A DNA stretch of 64,000 bases from Pelagomonas calceolata (Eukaryota). The notes beneath the pieces were generated by a model that worked only from the letters and a program-made list of their open reading frames with translations, ran no database searches and was not told the origin of the DNA. The position numbers were made by a program, and so were the translations under genes. The stretch spans positions 2,356,001 to 2,420,000 of the forward strand of contig CAKKNE010000004.1 of NCBI GenBank assembly GCA_918797485.1. The letters are read 5' to 3'. This document shows positions 20,744 through 30,056 of this stretch, piece by piece. How positions within the stretch are numbered: the first letter of the stretch is position 1; every line of letters begins with the position of its first letter.

Positions 20744-21910
20744 ATGATCCTCACCCAATGCCCATGCTGTGCTGCCCCTTTGCCGCCCACCTCAGCCAAA
20801 CAATGCAGCCGCTGCAAGACGCGCTACTGCGGAGTGGCCTGCCAGAAAAAGCACTGGGAAGAGGGCGGCCACGACAAGCTCTGTAGAAAGATAAGGAAAG
20901 GCGGCGGAGCTGAGCAATACAACGCAAATAAGAAGTACACGGAGGCTGTAGCTGTCGCGGCGGAGGAGTGCGCCGAGGACACGAAAGGCCAGACGTGCTA
21001 CATCTGCACGCAGGCCCTCCACTGGAAAACAAAGGAGGGCCTCGTGCGCGGGTGCTCGTGCCGCGGAACGGCGGGCTATGCGCACGTGTCGTGCTTGGCG
21101 GAGCAGGCGAAGATCTTGGTTGCGGAGGCCGAAGAGAACAACTTGGACCTGAAGGTGAAGCGGGCGAGGTGGGCGCGATGGAGCGCGTGTAGTCTGTGCG
21201 AGCAACGGTACCACGGCGCCGTGGCGTGCGCACTCGGGTGGGCGTGCTGGAACACGTATGCGGGGCGACCCGAGTCGGACACTCCTCGACAACTGGCGAT
21301 GAACCTGCTTGGGGTCGGTTTATACCAAGCACAACACTTGGAGGAGGCGTTATCCGTGAGGGAGGCCGCGTTGTCTATGGCGCGGCGGCTTGGTGGACCA
21401 GCAGAGCACATACTTACCTTGCAAGGCAATCTTGCGAATTTATATGGTCAACTCGGACAAAAAGAACAGGCCCTGCGCCTGCGACGAGACGTATATGCTG
21501 GAACTCTGAGGCTCCATGGCGAGGAAAAGGAACATACCCTCATAGAAGCCAATAACTACGCAATGAACCTTCTTGACCTACGGCGCTTCGAAGAAGTCAA
21601 GCTGTTCCTGCGCAAAATGCTACCCGTGGCGCAACGCGTTCTCACAGATAGCCATTTGATCACGCTTAAAATGAGGTGTTGTTTGGCGATGGCGCTCCAC
21701 GACGACCCCAGCGCCACGCTCGACAATTTCCGCGAGGCCGTGACGACGCTCGAGGACGTGGGACGGATTGCGCGGCGCGTGCTCGGCGCCAAGCACCCGT
21801 TCGTAGGATTGACTGAGCTACGCCTGCGGAACGCGCGAGCAACGGCCCGCGCCCGCGAACTCAACGTCAGCTCCCTCGCAGACGAGCTGGAGGCCATGAC
21901 GCCGACGTAA
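20744..21910 (+). CDS. MYND zinc finger + RING-CH (RINGv) + TPR-like repeat protein
   Basis: CPCC...CSRCKTRYCGVACQKKHW...HDKLC; CYIC...CSCRGTAGYAHVSCL...CSLC; kinesin-light-chain-like TPR repeats (NLANLYGQLG..EQAL). Confidence 0.85.
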   Translation: MILTQCPCCAAPLPPTSAKQCSRCKTRYCGVACQKKHWEEGGHDKLCRKIRKGGGAEQYNANKKYTEAVAVAAEECAEDTKGQTCYICTQALHWKTKEGLVRGCSCRGTAGYAHVSCLAEQAKILVAEAEENNLDLKVKRARWARWSACSLCEQRYHGAVACALGWACWNTYAGRPESDTPRQLAMNLLGVGLYQAQHLEEALSVREAALSMARRLGGPAEHILTLQGNLANLYGQLGQKEQALRLRRDVYAGTLRLHGEEKEHTLIEANNYAMNLLDLRRFEEVKLFLRKMLPVAQRVLTDSHLITLKMRCCLAMALHDDPSATLDNFREAVTTLEDVGRIARRVLGAKHPFVGLTELRLRNARATARARELNVSSLADELEAMTPT

Positions 21911-21925
21911 AATACCACTCTAAAC

Positions 21926-24900
21926 TTAGTAGTCCCCTTCCTCGTCGTCGTCCTCCTCCGCATCCGAAGCCTCGGCCGCCTCGCGCTGCTTCTGCGCGAG
22001 CTCCGCCGGCAGCAGCCGCTCGTCGTCCGTCGGCTCGCGCCGCGGGACCGCGTCGAGGCACGGCGCGAAGGGCCCGCCGCACAAGATGTGAGCGAAGGCG
22101 TTCCGCCCGTCCGCGTCGACGAGGCAGACGCCCGACTCATTTTCATCATCATCAGCATCGCCCGCGAAATTCCGCGCCCAGGTCGTCGCGGTCCGTCCTG
22201 CAATAACGACGAGCGCTTTTCGTTCCGCCGCGGCCTCGGCGCAGGCCTCGGCCACATCCCTTGTACCCTGCTGGAAGGCCGAGCACTCGACGCTGCCGAC
22301 GGCGCCGGACCAGAAGATGGTCGAAGCGCGGTTCAGCGACGCCCGGAAAGATTCAATAGTCTGCTGGCCGATGTCGAGCGCGAAGACGTCGCGCGGCACG
22401 CCGTTCTTGGCGCCCGCGCCCTCTAGAGCAGCATCACTAATATCGCCGTCATACTCGAAGCCGCCCGCGTCGCCGTCCTCGTCGTCGTCCTCCTCCTCTT
22501 CCTCCTCCTCGGACTCGTCCTCTTCGTCATCGTCGTCTTCACTCACCTTGATCTGGCCCTTCTCGTCGACGTCGATATCACCGGTCGCGAAGTCGCAGGG
22601 TAAGCGTAACGCGACCTTGCGCCTGACAGCTTTGGCCATCAGCCGCCTGGCGACGGGGAAGACGGCCTCGTCAACAACTCCGCGGCCGACATCCACATTC
22701 AATGCCGCGAGGCACTCCCGCGCGCATAATCCTGAAAGCAGCACCTCGTCGGCGTGGTCGAGCAGGAAATCCACTAAACGGGCCTGCCGCAGGAAGCCGC
22801 ACCCCTGGACGCGGTCGTCGCCGACGACCGCGACGATGGGCCGCGGCCCACTGAGTAACCTGGAGACGGTCGCCGTATCTAAATGGGCGTTCAATCCTAG
22901 ACTCCGCGGCAGCGTGCAAAGTTGTAATGAACGCGCGTCCGCGTCGTGCATCCGTTCGACGTTGTATGTTGGCATGAAGGCGTTCAGCGAGTCCTGCACT
23001 AAGATATCGGCGAGCTCTGTTAAACGATAGCCCGCGTCGTTCTCCCGGAAGGCGTTTTCACATGCTTCAGCGGCCTCGGCGTCGTCGGCGTCGGCCCAGT
23101 AGGGGAGCGCCGGCGCGTCCTCGTCGACGACGATCTCGCGATCGATGACCGTGCACAGCGCCGGCCCGGAGTTCCGCGCTTCCAGGATGAACAAAGGCGT
23201 CGCGTCGTCCTCGTCCTCATCAGTCATTTTCTCCAGGATGGCTTTGGCTCGTGCAATATCTCCGACGAAGCGCGGCGCCCAGTCGGGGCCGGCCGCGTGG
23301 ATGAGCGGCTCCACCAAGGATTTCGTCGACCCCTCGGCGAGCTCCGTCACTATCAATACAGCCTTGGCCGCCGTGAGCGTCTCGAGCGTTTTCGCGACGC
23401 GCTGGAAGGCCTCCGGGAGGTCGTCCTCGTCTATATCTTCATCCACAGAAACGTCGAGGTCGGCCTGGAGGAGCACGACCTTCCCATCGACGTCCTCCGG
23501 CCGCGCCGCCTGGATGGAGGCGATGTCCTCGGCCCGCTGGGCGATGGCGTCGTGGACCGCGTTCGGCCGCCGCGCGGGCGGCGCCGGGAAGGTGGCCGCC
23601 GTCGCGTCGTCCGGGGCGTCCTCTTCATCTGGAGAGGGCGGCCCTATCATATCAGCCAGCAACCGCTTGACCGACGCGCAGGCCGCCGCGCGATACGCGT
23701 CCTGGCCCTCTCCAGTCACGCACGCGGCGCCGAAGTCCTCGAGGCCCTCCTCTCTTGCTAAATCCTGGACGACCTTGGGTCCGTCCACATACTTCATCTG
23801 GGCCGAGTCCCAGACCTTGGGCGGCGGGAGCGCCGCGACGGCGTCCGACGCGGCTATCGATGCCTCCAACGCACCATTCAGCGCGTCCGGGTCCTCGCCG
23901 AGCGCCGCGGGCGGCTTCGTATCCTCCAGAGCCGCGACGGCCTCGCAGGTCGTGAGCGCGAAGGCGGCCTTCTCGATTACTCCATCGAGGTGCGGCTTCA
24001 GGGCGTCGATAGCGCAGTCCTCGTCGGCCGTGGTGGAGCAGGACGCCAACAACGACGTGAACCTCATTTTCAATGAGAGGATGCGCCGTTCGCGCGGGTC
24101 GGCGGGCGGCGCCGGCTTTCGAGGCGGCGCGCCCGTGGCCAGAGTGTCGTCCTCCTCGTCCTCCTCCTCTTCTTCCTCTTCTTCCTCGTCCTCCTCTTCA
24201 TCGTCGTCGGAACCCTTCTCTCTCGTAGCAACAGTGAGCGCCTCGTCCTCGGGGGCCTCGGGAATGGAAATCGACGCGATCAGCGCCTCGATGGCGTCTA
24301 TATCACCGTCCCACTCATCCGGATCCGGCTTTGCCGCTTCTTTGCGCTTCCGGTACTTCTCGCGCGCGGCACCCAAACCCCACGTCGGGTCGATGGGCGG
24401 GACCGGCGGCATCCAGTCGGGCAGGCCCAGGGCCTCGGGGTCCCAGTCCTCCGGGACGGGCGGCGGCGGAGCTACTACGTCCTGGTCGGCTTTGTGTCCG
24501 AACACGTCGACCTCGCGCGGCTCGAGTCGACGTGCTGGAAGCGGCGCGGCCTCTTCTACCGCGGGGGCCGGCCCGGGCGCCGGCGCCGGCGCGCAGGCCT
24601 CTTCTTCGGTTATCTCTTCCTCCGGCGCCTCGATCTCCTTCTTGGCGACGCGCGCGTCCTTTCTCAATTCCTCGAAGGCGGCCCACCGATCAGGCGTGAA
24701 CACGAGGCCTCGACAAGCGTTCCGCGCCTCGAGCTTTGCCTTGTGAGACGCGTTCCGCGCCCTCTCGGCACCGGCGGGAGACAGATCAATATCCCACAAC
24801 ACCTCATACAAAATCTCTCTGCAAATATCCGGCCCGACGTGCTTCTCAAGAATCGCATCAACATGGTCGCGCATGTGCGGCTTGTCCTCGGGCGGCTGCT

Positions 24901-26566
24901 GGTAGCCTTGTAGGGAGATGCCCTGGCGCTTCTTGCACTTCTTGCCCTTCTTCGCGTTACTGAGTTTTATGAGACCCGTAATCTCCGCTTTAGGACGCAC
25001 CTTGAGCTGCCACTCTTCGACAAAACAGCCCGGCACCCGCGACTTGAACGCGAAGCGACAAATAGTAGAACAACCAGGTAATATGGAACCACTTGGAGTC
25101 ATGCACTGAAAGAAGCAGTCTTTGTTCGTCGCAAAGACCTTGTCGTCCATGGGCGTGCCGTCCTTGTACTTGGGACCGCGCTCGACCCAGAGCTCGTCGT
25201 CCGGGGCCCGGTCCGGACCTTTCGAGTTGAGCCGCCACTCGAAGAACATGACCTTGTCACTCGTATTTTTCAGCGTCACCGAATTCTTGCCGGCTTTGCC
25301 TGAATGGGTTGCTTCCAAGTGCAGCAAAGCATTCCCGACGACCTCGAGTCTTGGCAAAGGCTTGACCACTGGTTCTACCACTTCTGGCTCTTCCTCTACT
25401 ATCGTAGGGGGCTCGCTGACGACATTTCTGGCATTGAGGACGTCCTCGGAAGCGTCCGCGGCCCACCGGAATAGGTCCGTACCGACGACCGCCAATTCCG
25501 TCGCGTCGTCACCGGAGCCAACCAAGTGGGGCTGCAGCGTCTTCAGGCCCTTCTCCCACTGCTTCTTGCGCTTCAGCATGTAGGGGTCCGACCGCCAGTC
25601 CTTCTTTTCTCCCAAAGAGCGTGTTGTCAAGCCCGCGGCCGAACCAGGTAATTTCGGCCTCCTGATCTGTTGAGGGGCTTTCTCGCCCTTCTTCAGAGGA
25701 CAATACAAGCCCGAAAATAAATTCCCGACGCGCACCATGCGCTGCCCTTCGCCCCGCAGGTTCATCTCCCAGTACGACTCGCCCGCGCTTTCCTCTTGCG
25801 GAATGGAGGCCTGGATGATCTGGAAGTTCTCGGACTGCTCCCGATAATCTTCGCAGGACTTCATCATGAGCACTTCGTCCGCAGGTTTGCCCTGTTTTTT
25901 GGCAAAAGTTGCGGTGAGTCGCCGCCAGTCCTTTTGCTGCTCCTTCCACCGCTTGAGAGCTCTCGCTTCCCTCGCACCTCCAAAGGTGTCCTCGGCGTCG
26001 GGGATGAAGGTCGAGTCGTCCCGGGCAGCCGTTTCCTGGAATTGAATGATTTCGACCTCGGCCGCCTTCGCTTTGAGCGCATCCACATAAGACTCGTCGG
26101 TCGTCAAATCCCCCGCCGAAAAGGCCTCCACAGGAAAAACGTCGGACGGCGTCCGCGCGCGCGAGGACGCCGGCGTGTCGGGTTTTCCGTCGTCGCCGTA
26201 CTTGCAGTAGACCTCGTGCTCGACGAACTTGTCGGCCTCGCCGAGCACACTTCGCTCGATGACGCCCGCGTTCCTTGGTAGGCGTCTCAGACCCTTGAGT
26301 CGTGCCGGCGAGGCCACGTTGCTCATGCGATTGCGGTCCAGCAGGTCGTCCTCTCTCGGTTTTCGGGCGACGAGCACCGTCTTCTTGGGCCGGTACTTCT
26401 CATTTTGGCGTCTTACGGTCACGGACTTCTTCCTAGTGGGGCTCGGCACGAAGGTCTGGAACATCGCAGCGGGGGCCGGGGCCGCGGCCGCGCCGGGCGC
26501 CGGGCCCGGGGCCGCCGCAACTCCCTCGGTCTCCACCGGCAGCGCGTCGGGTGCCGTGTCCTCCAT
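21926..26566 (-). CDS. MYCBPAP: MYCBP-associated protein-like N-terminal half fused to a degenerate phosphoglycerate kinase-like domain
   Basis: GSILPG...FAFKSRVPGCFVEEWQL (MYCBPAP-like). C-terminal DVDGKVVLLQADLDV, LPCDF, LDIGQQT...ASTIFWSGAVGSVECSAFQQGT (PGK-like). Confidence 0.7.
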   Translation of the reverse strand: MEDTAPDALPVETEGVAAAPGPAPGAAAAPAPAAMFQTFVPSPTRKKSVTVRRQNEKYRPKKTVLVARKPREDDLLDRNRMSNVASPARLKGLRRLPRNAGVIERSVLGEADKFVEHEVYCKYGDDGKPDTPASSRARTPSDVFPVEAFSAGDLTTDESYVDALKAKAAEVEIIQFQETAARDDSTFIPDAEDTFGGAREARALKRWKEQQKDWRRLTATFAKKQGKPADEVLMMKSCEDYREQSENFQIIQASIPQEESAGESYWEMNLRGEGQRMVRVGNLFSGLYCPLKKGEKAPQQIRRPKLPGSAAGLTTRSLGEKKDWRSDPYMLKRKKQWEKGLKTLQPHLVGSGDDATELAVVGTDLFRWAADASEDVLNARNVVSEPPTIVEEEPEVVEPVVKPLPRLEVVGNALLHLEATHSGKAGKNSVTLKNTSDKVMFFEWRLNSKGPDRAPDDELWVERGPKYKDGTPMDDKVFATNKDCFFQCMTPSGSILPGCSTICRFAFKSRVPGCFVEEWQLKVRPKAEITGLIKLSNAKKGKKCKKRQGISLQGYQQPPEDKPHMRDHVDAILEKHVGPDICREILYEVLWDIDLSPAGAERARNASHKAKLEARNACRGLVFTPDRWAAFEELRKDARVAKKEIEAPEEEITEEEACAPAPAPGPAPAVEEAAPLPARRLEPREVDVFGHKADQDVVAPPPPVPEDWDPEALGLPDWMPPVPPIDPTWGLGAAREKYRKRKEAAKPDPDEWDGDIDAIEALIASISIPEAPEDEALTVATREKGSDDDEEEDEEEEEEEEEDEEDDTLATGAPPRKPAPPADPRERRILSLKMRFTSLLASCSTTADEDCAIDALKPHLDGVIEKAAFALTTCEAVAALEDTKPPAALGEDPDALNGALEASIAASDAVAALPPPKVWDSAQMKYVDGPKVVQDLAREEGLEDFGAACVTGEGQDAYRAAACASVKRLLADMIGPPSPDEEDAPDDATAATFPAPPARRPNAVHDAIAQRAEDIASIQAARPEDVDGKVVLLQADLDVSVDEDIDEDDLPEAFQRVAKTLETLTAAKAVLIVTELAEGSTKSLVEPLIHAAGPDWAPRFVGDIARAKAILEKMTDEDEDDATPLFILEARNSGPALCTVIDREIVVDEDAPALPYWADADDAEAAEACENAFRENDAGYRLTELADILVQDSLNAFMPTYNVERMHDADARSLQLCTLPRSLGLNAHLDTATVSRLLSGPRPIVAVVGDDRVQGCGFLRQARLVDFLLDHADEVLLSGLCARECLAALNVDVGRGVVDEAVFPVARRLMAKAVRRKVALRLPCDFATGDIDVDEKGQIKVSEDDDDEEDESEEEEEEEDDDEDGDAGGFEYDGDISDAALEGAGAKNGVPRDVFALDIGQQTIESFRASLNRASTIFWSGAVGSVECSAFQQGTRDVAEACAEAAAERKALVVIAGRTATTWARNFAGDADDDENESGVCLVDADGRNAFAHILCGGPFAPCLDAVPRREPTDDERLLPAELAQKQREAAEASDAEEDDDEEGDY

Positions 26567-26813
26567 GCTGGGCAGCTCGCTCTACGCTCGGGCTGCTCCG
26601 GGCTACTCTATGCTATGGGCTGCCTCACAAAGGCCTTGGCGCCGGTTCTTCCGCGGCGGGCAGCTCGCGCTGCTCCGTGAGCACTTGACAACGCCTCGTT
26701 CCGCCACCGATGGCTGCCTCGCGGCCGCGCGGACGGCGTTTTACGCTCAGCGCTGCTTGTTTTGCGTGATAATGTAAGCTGTAGCTTGTAGAATGGAGAG
26801 GGGGGGGGTCGTA

Positions 26814-28420
26814 CTACACACTACTACCATTACTCGTCGCCGCCCGCTCGCGCAGCGCCGCACGCCACGCGTTGAAGCCCAATTTCTGGCTCCTGCGCGC
26901 GCTCGAATAGTTCATGGGCGGGGCGCCCGGGCGACGCATCTCCGTGACATAGTCCAGGAGCATCGGGATCCACCACTTGAAGACGCCCGTCCGCGACCCG
27001 GGGAGCGCGTGAAAGTGGAGGCAGTCCCGGGCGTGCAGGTCCGTGCGGGCCGTCACGAGCGGCCCGACGTCGTACAGGGTCGCGCCTTCAACCTTCGGCA
27101 GAAGCTCCTCCGCGACCATGGCCTCGAAGTCGAGGAATTTGCGCCAGAAATACGTGTCCTTGAGCGCTCTGTATTCGGGACTGCCTCGATTCTGGGGGTC
27201 ATCAGCGGCCCGCGACGCGACCGCCTCCTCGACGGCCTCGATTTTTTCCGGGGTGCTCGGCCCGGCCAGGTACGTCTCCCGGCAGCCGTAGACGGGACGG
27301 TAGATACCGCGAAACAGGAACGTCGTAGCGCCGGTGCCGTTCGCGAGCTTTTCCGCGAGAACCTGAACAGCGTGCGCCATGGCCCCGGGCTTACCCTGGT
27401 GCGCGCCGGTGTTGGCCTGTGTGGAAATCAACCAGTGTGTCAGGCACTCAGTCTTCCCGGCGATGACGTGGTCGAATGCGCCGTAAATTTGATTTCCACA
27501 CAGGTTTTGGCCACCACCACATCCCACTTCGGCAGTAATGATAATGCCCAGTGCGCCCGGTCGACGACGTCGTCGCGGCAGGCCTGCTTCCCGCCTCCAC
27601 GCCCGTGGCAGCGTGGGCTACCCCTGTCGCCGCACTTGTCGAGAACGGCCAGACCCTGCGCCGCGAGCGCGGTGCAGGTCGCGTTCGGGAGGATGGCGTC
27701 GTCGCCCCAGAGGTAGTCGTCGCGCAGAAAGGCCACTCGTAGCGAAGTGTCGCAGGCGTCCCCGCGCGTCATCGCGAACTTTTTCTTTTTGGGGTCGCCA
27801 GGGAAGGGTATACCCATTTTTTTGGTGGCGCGAAGGCGCGTGACGAGCGCGTCGTAGAAGCTTTGTGACGTCGAGTCGCCGACGACGAGGAGCCGCCGGA
27901 CGCGCGCCTCTGCGAAGCGCGCGCAGAGCTGCTCCGGTGTAACGAGGTCCGCGGGCGGCGTCATCGCACAGATCGCGCAGGTCGCGCGCCAGCGCCAGGC
28001 GAGCGCGTCGCGCGTCCGATTCCACTCGGCCTGGGTCCCCAGGCGCCAGTTCCAACGCTCCATCCAACCGTCCTCGCGCGGTATCGCACTCTCCCACAGG
28101 CCGGCGCCGAAGCCACCCTCGCGGTCGTACGCGCAGCCGCGGCGCGTCGCCGGGCACGTGATATTGACCGGTATTGGCGTCGGTCGGTGCGGCGCCTGCG
28201 GCGGTGGCTGCTGCGTGTGCTTTGCGTCAATGGTCTGCTGCCGCAGCCGCGCGAGTTGTTCTTTGAAATCGCCGCGCGCTCCCGCTGGTGGCTTGTAGGT
28301 GTGCTGCCTCTGCCGCGCGCGCCAGCGGTCCACGTCTCGCTGCCGCATCGGCCGGGCCGGCCGGCGGCTCGCTTCGTCCGCGCTACCGCAGGCGAGGACG
28401 ACTGCCAGCGCCAGACGCAT
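26814..28420 (-). CDS. PC-esterase/trichome-birefringence-like SGNH O-acyltransferase; exons 28420-27512 and 27416-26814
   Basis: Signal peptide, VVGDST, DVVV|ANTGAH restored by splicing out the introner, DCLHF (DxxH). Spliced length 1512 nt, in frame. Confidence 0.8.
27417..27511 (-). mobile_element. Introner element forming a GC-AG intron
   Basis: Perfect inverted ends cctgtgtggaaatcaa / ttgatttccacacagg; TSD gccaaaac vs gccaacac (7/8). Confidence 0.9.
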
Positions 28421-28817
28421 CGGTATCAGCCTATCATGCGCGCATGCTGCCCTCCTATGCATCTGCCGTCCGCGCTCGGCGGTCACCTCCAAAAATGCTT
28501 TGAGCTTGCACGCGCGCCGGCTCCCTCCGAGCTGTTCGAAGCGCACCGGTAGCTGCCAGCCGCGAAACAATGCAGAGAGGCTGCCCGATGCCGTTGCGGC
28601 GACCAATCTGTTGCAGACGAAGCTTTTCGATGCAGCTGTAGCGTCTGGCGGGCTTGTCACGACTCCCAAAACTTTGGGCATGCCTAGTGTCTCACGGGCT
28701 GCTAGCCGCGCGAGGCACGGGAAGCGCGCCTCGATGAAGGGCTAGCACCGTAACAACATCTATCCTCGATGTGAGACTGGATTTCTTTCCGCATACGTTA
28801 ACATGACTTACCCGGCC

Positions 28818-29804
28818 TCACGACGACGATGCCGCCGCGTGCGCCGCCCACGCCGCCCGCGCCCTCGCGACCAGCAGCACCTCCAAATCCCTACCCCGGT
28901 GGTCGTCGTTCGCCAGCGGCGCGTGGAGCGGCCTTCTAATAGGAATGTCCACGGGCACGTCCATAAATTGCGGCTCCGGGTCCGCGTCGCCAGCAGATAA
29001 TTGTCTATCTAAAAACACGGGCTCCGGCACCAGTAAATGGGGCTGCAATAATTCCTCGAGCTGCGTGAAATTGAACGACGGGACGCCCAGACAGCCCTGC
29101 AGGACCGCGTCGCATTGAATCTGCCGGCCGTCGCGCGCGTCCCGCAGGTTCTTCACGTCGACATATCGCGAAATCGCCCGCACCACATTGTCGCGCGTCT
29201 CCTCGTCCCGCGTGATGCGCATGAGCTTTTGTAATGATGGACCCAGCTTCACCCGGTCTCGGTCGAAGGCGCGGCGCCGCGCGAAGATTGAGACTCTAAT
29301 TAAACAAGACGCCTTCGCGCCCGGTTTAAAGGCTCTGGATAGGACCAAACCGTCGACGCGTCTATCTCGCGGCGACGGCCGCCAGCAGATTGTCGCGCCC
29401 TTGCCCTGCTTGCGGTCCAAGCTTACTTCCACGCGATCCACGAGGTCGCCGAAGGTCCGAGCGTCGGCCGAGATTTGATTTTGGCCGTCACAACCATCAT
29501 CGATGACCTTGCCATCAATCGTCAGCTCCCAGAAGTGCTCCTCGCCTGCATTCTCCGTCTTGGCGCGTTTCTTCGGTGAGGGTTGGGTTGACGTTCTGGT
29601 GGCGACGCGGTGGGAGCACCACACTCTTAGTACTCCGCGCGCTCTGGCTGCTGCGGAGAAGCCTGGTGTGCCGCGTTGACTCCGGCGCACGGCCGCGCGT
29701 CTTTCCAAGTCGTCGATGCGCTGGTCGAGCGCGTCGAGGCGTTGCAAAGTTGCGCGGTGGTGGGGGTAGCGCTCTAATAAGCCGGTCGGGAGGCCGGCGT
29801 CCAT
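28818..29804 (-). CDS. SWIB/MDM2-domain protein, BAF60/SMARCD-like (short C-terminus)
   Basis: LRVWCSH, WELTIDGK, VDGLVLSR, and SWIB motif ETRDNVVRAISRYVDVKNLRD...IQCDAVLQ. Confidence 0.8.
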   Translation of the reverse strand: MDAGLPTGLLERYPHHRATLQRLDALDQRIDDLERRAAVRRSQRGTPGFSAAARARGVLRVWCSHRVATRTSTQPSPKKRAKTENAGEEHFWELTIDGKVIDDGCDGQNQISADARTFGDLVDRVEVSLDRKQGKGATICWRPSPRDRRVDGLVLSRAFKPGAKASCLIRVSIFARRRAFDRDRVKLGPSLQKLMRITRDEETRDNVVRAISRYVDVKNLRDARDGRQIQCDAVLQGCLGVPSFNFTQLEELLQPHLLVPEPVFLDRQLSAGDADPEPQFMDVPVDIPIRRPLHAPLANDDHRGRDLEVLLVARARAAWAAHAAASSS

Positions 29805-30056
29805 GGCTGCTCTCCGACCGTGTTTAGAGAGCTGCTCTCTGAAGCTAATATATGTATATGGCGGTGCGTCGCAGCTGAATCGTTCGAGGCTACTGATAGG
29901 GGCTCTCGCAACACGCCCGTAGTTCACTGCGCCCGTCTGAGCTCCAGCACGCGACGAGCACGCACGCCGAGTACGGGCTCCGCGATATCGTGCGGGTTTT
30001 ATAGGATCTGTCTCCCCGAGGGTGGGGCGACGAGGAAAGCGGCGGCAGATGTTAGT

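Noticed and set aside
23145..24746. Long antisense ORFs (also 53127-54350, 55023-56840, 57925-58641 and many shorter ones)
   Set aside because: Ser/Ala-rich shadows of acidic, GC3-rich genes on the opposite strand; no domain motifs.
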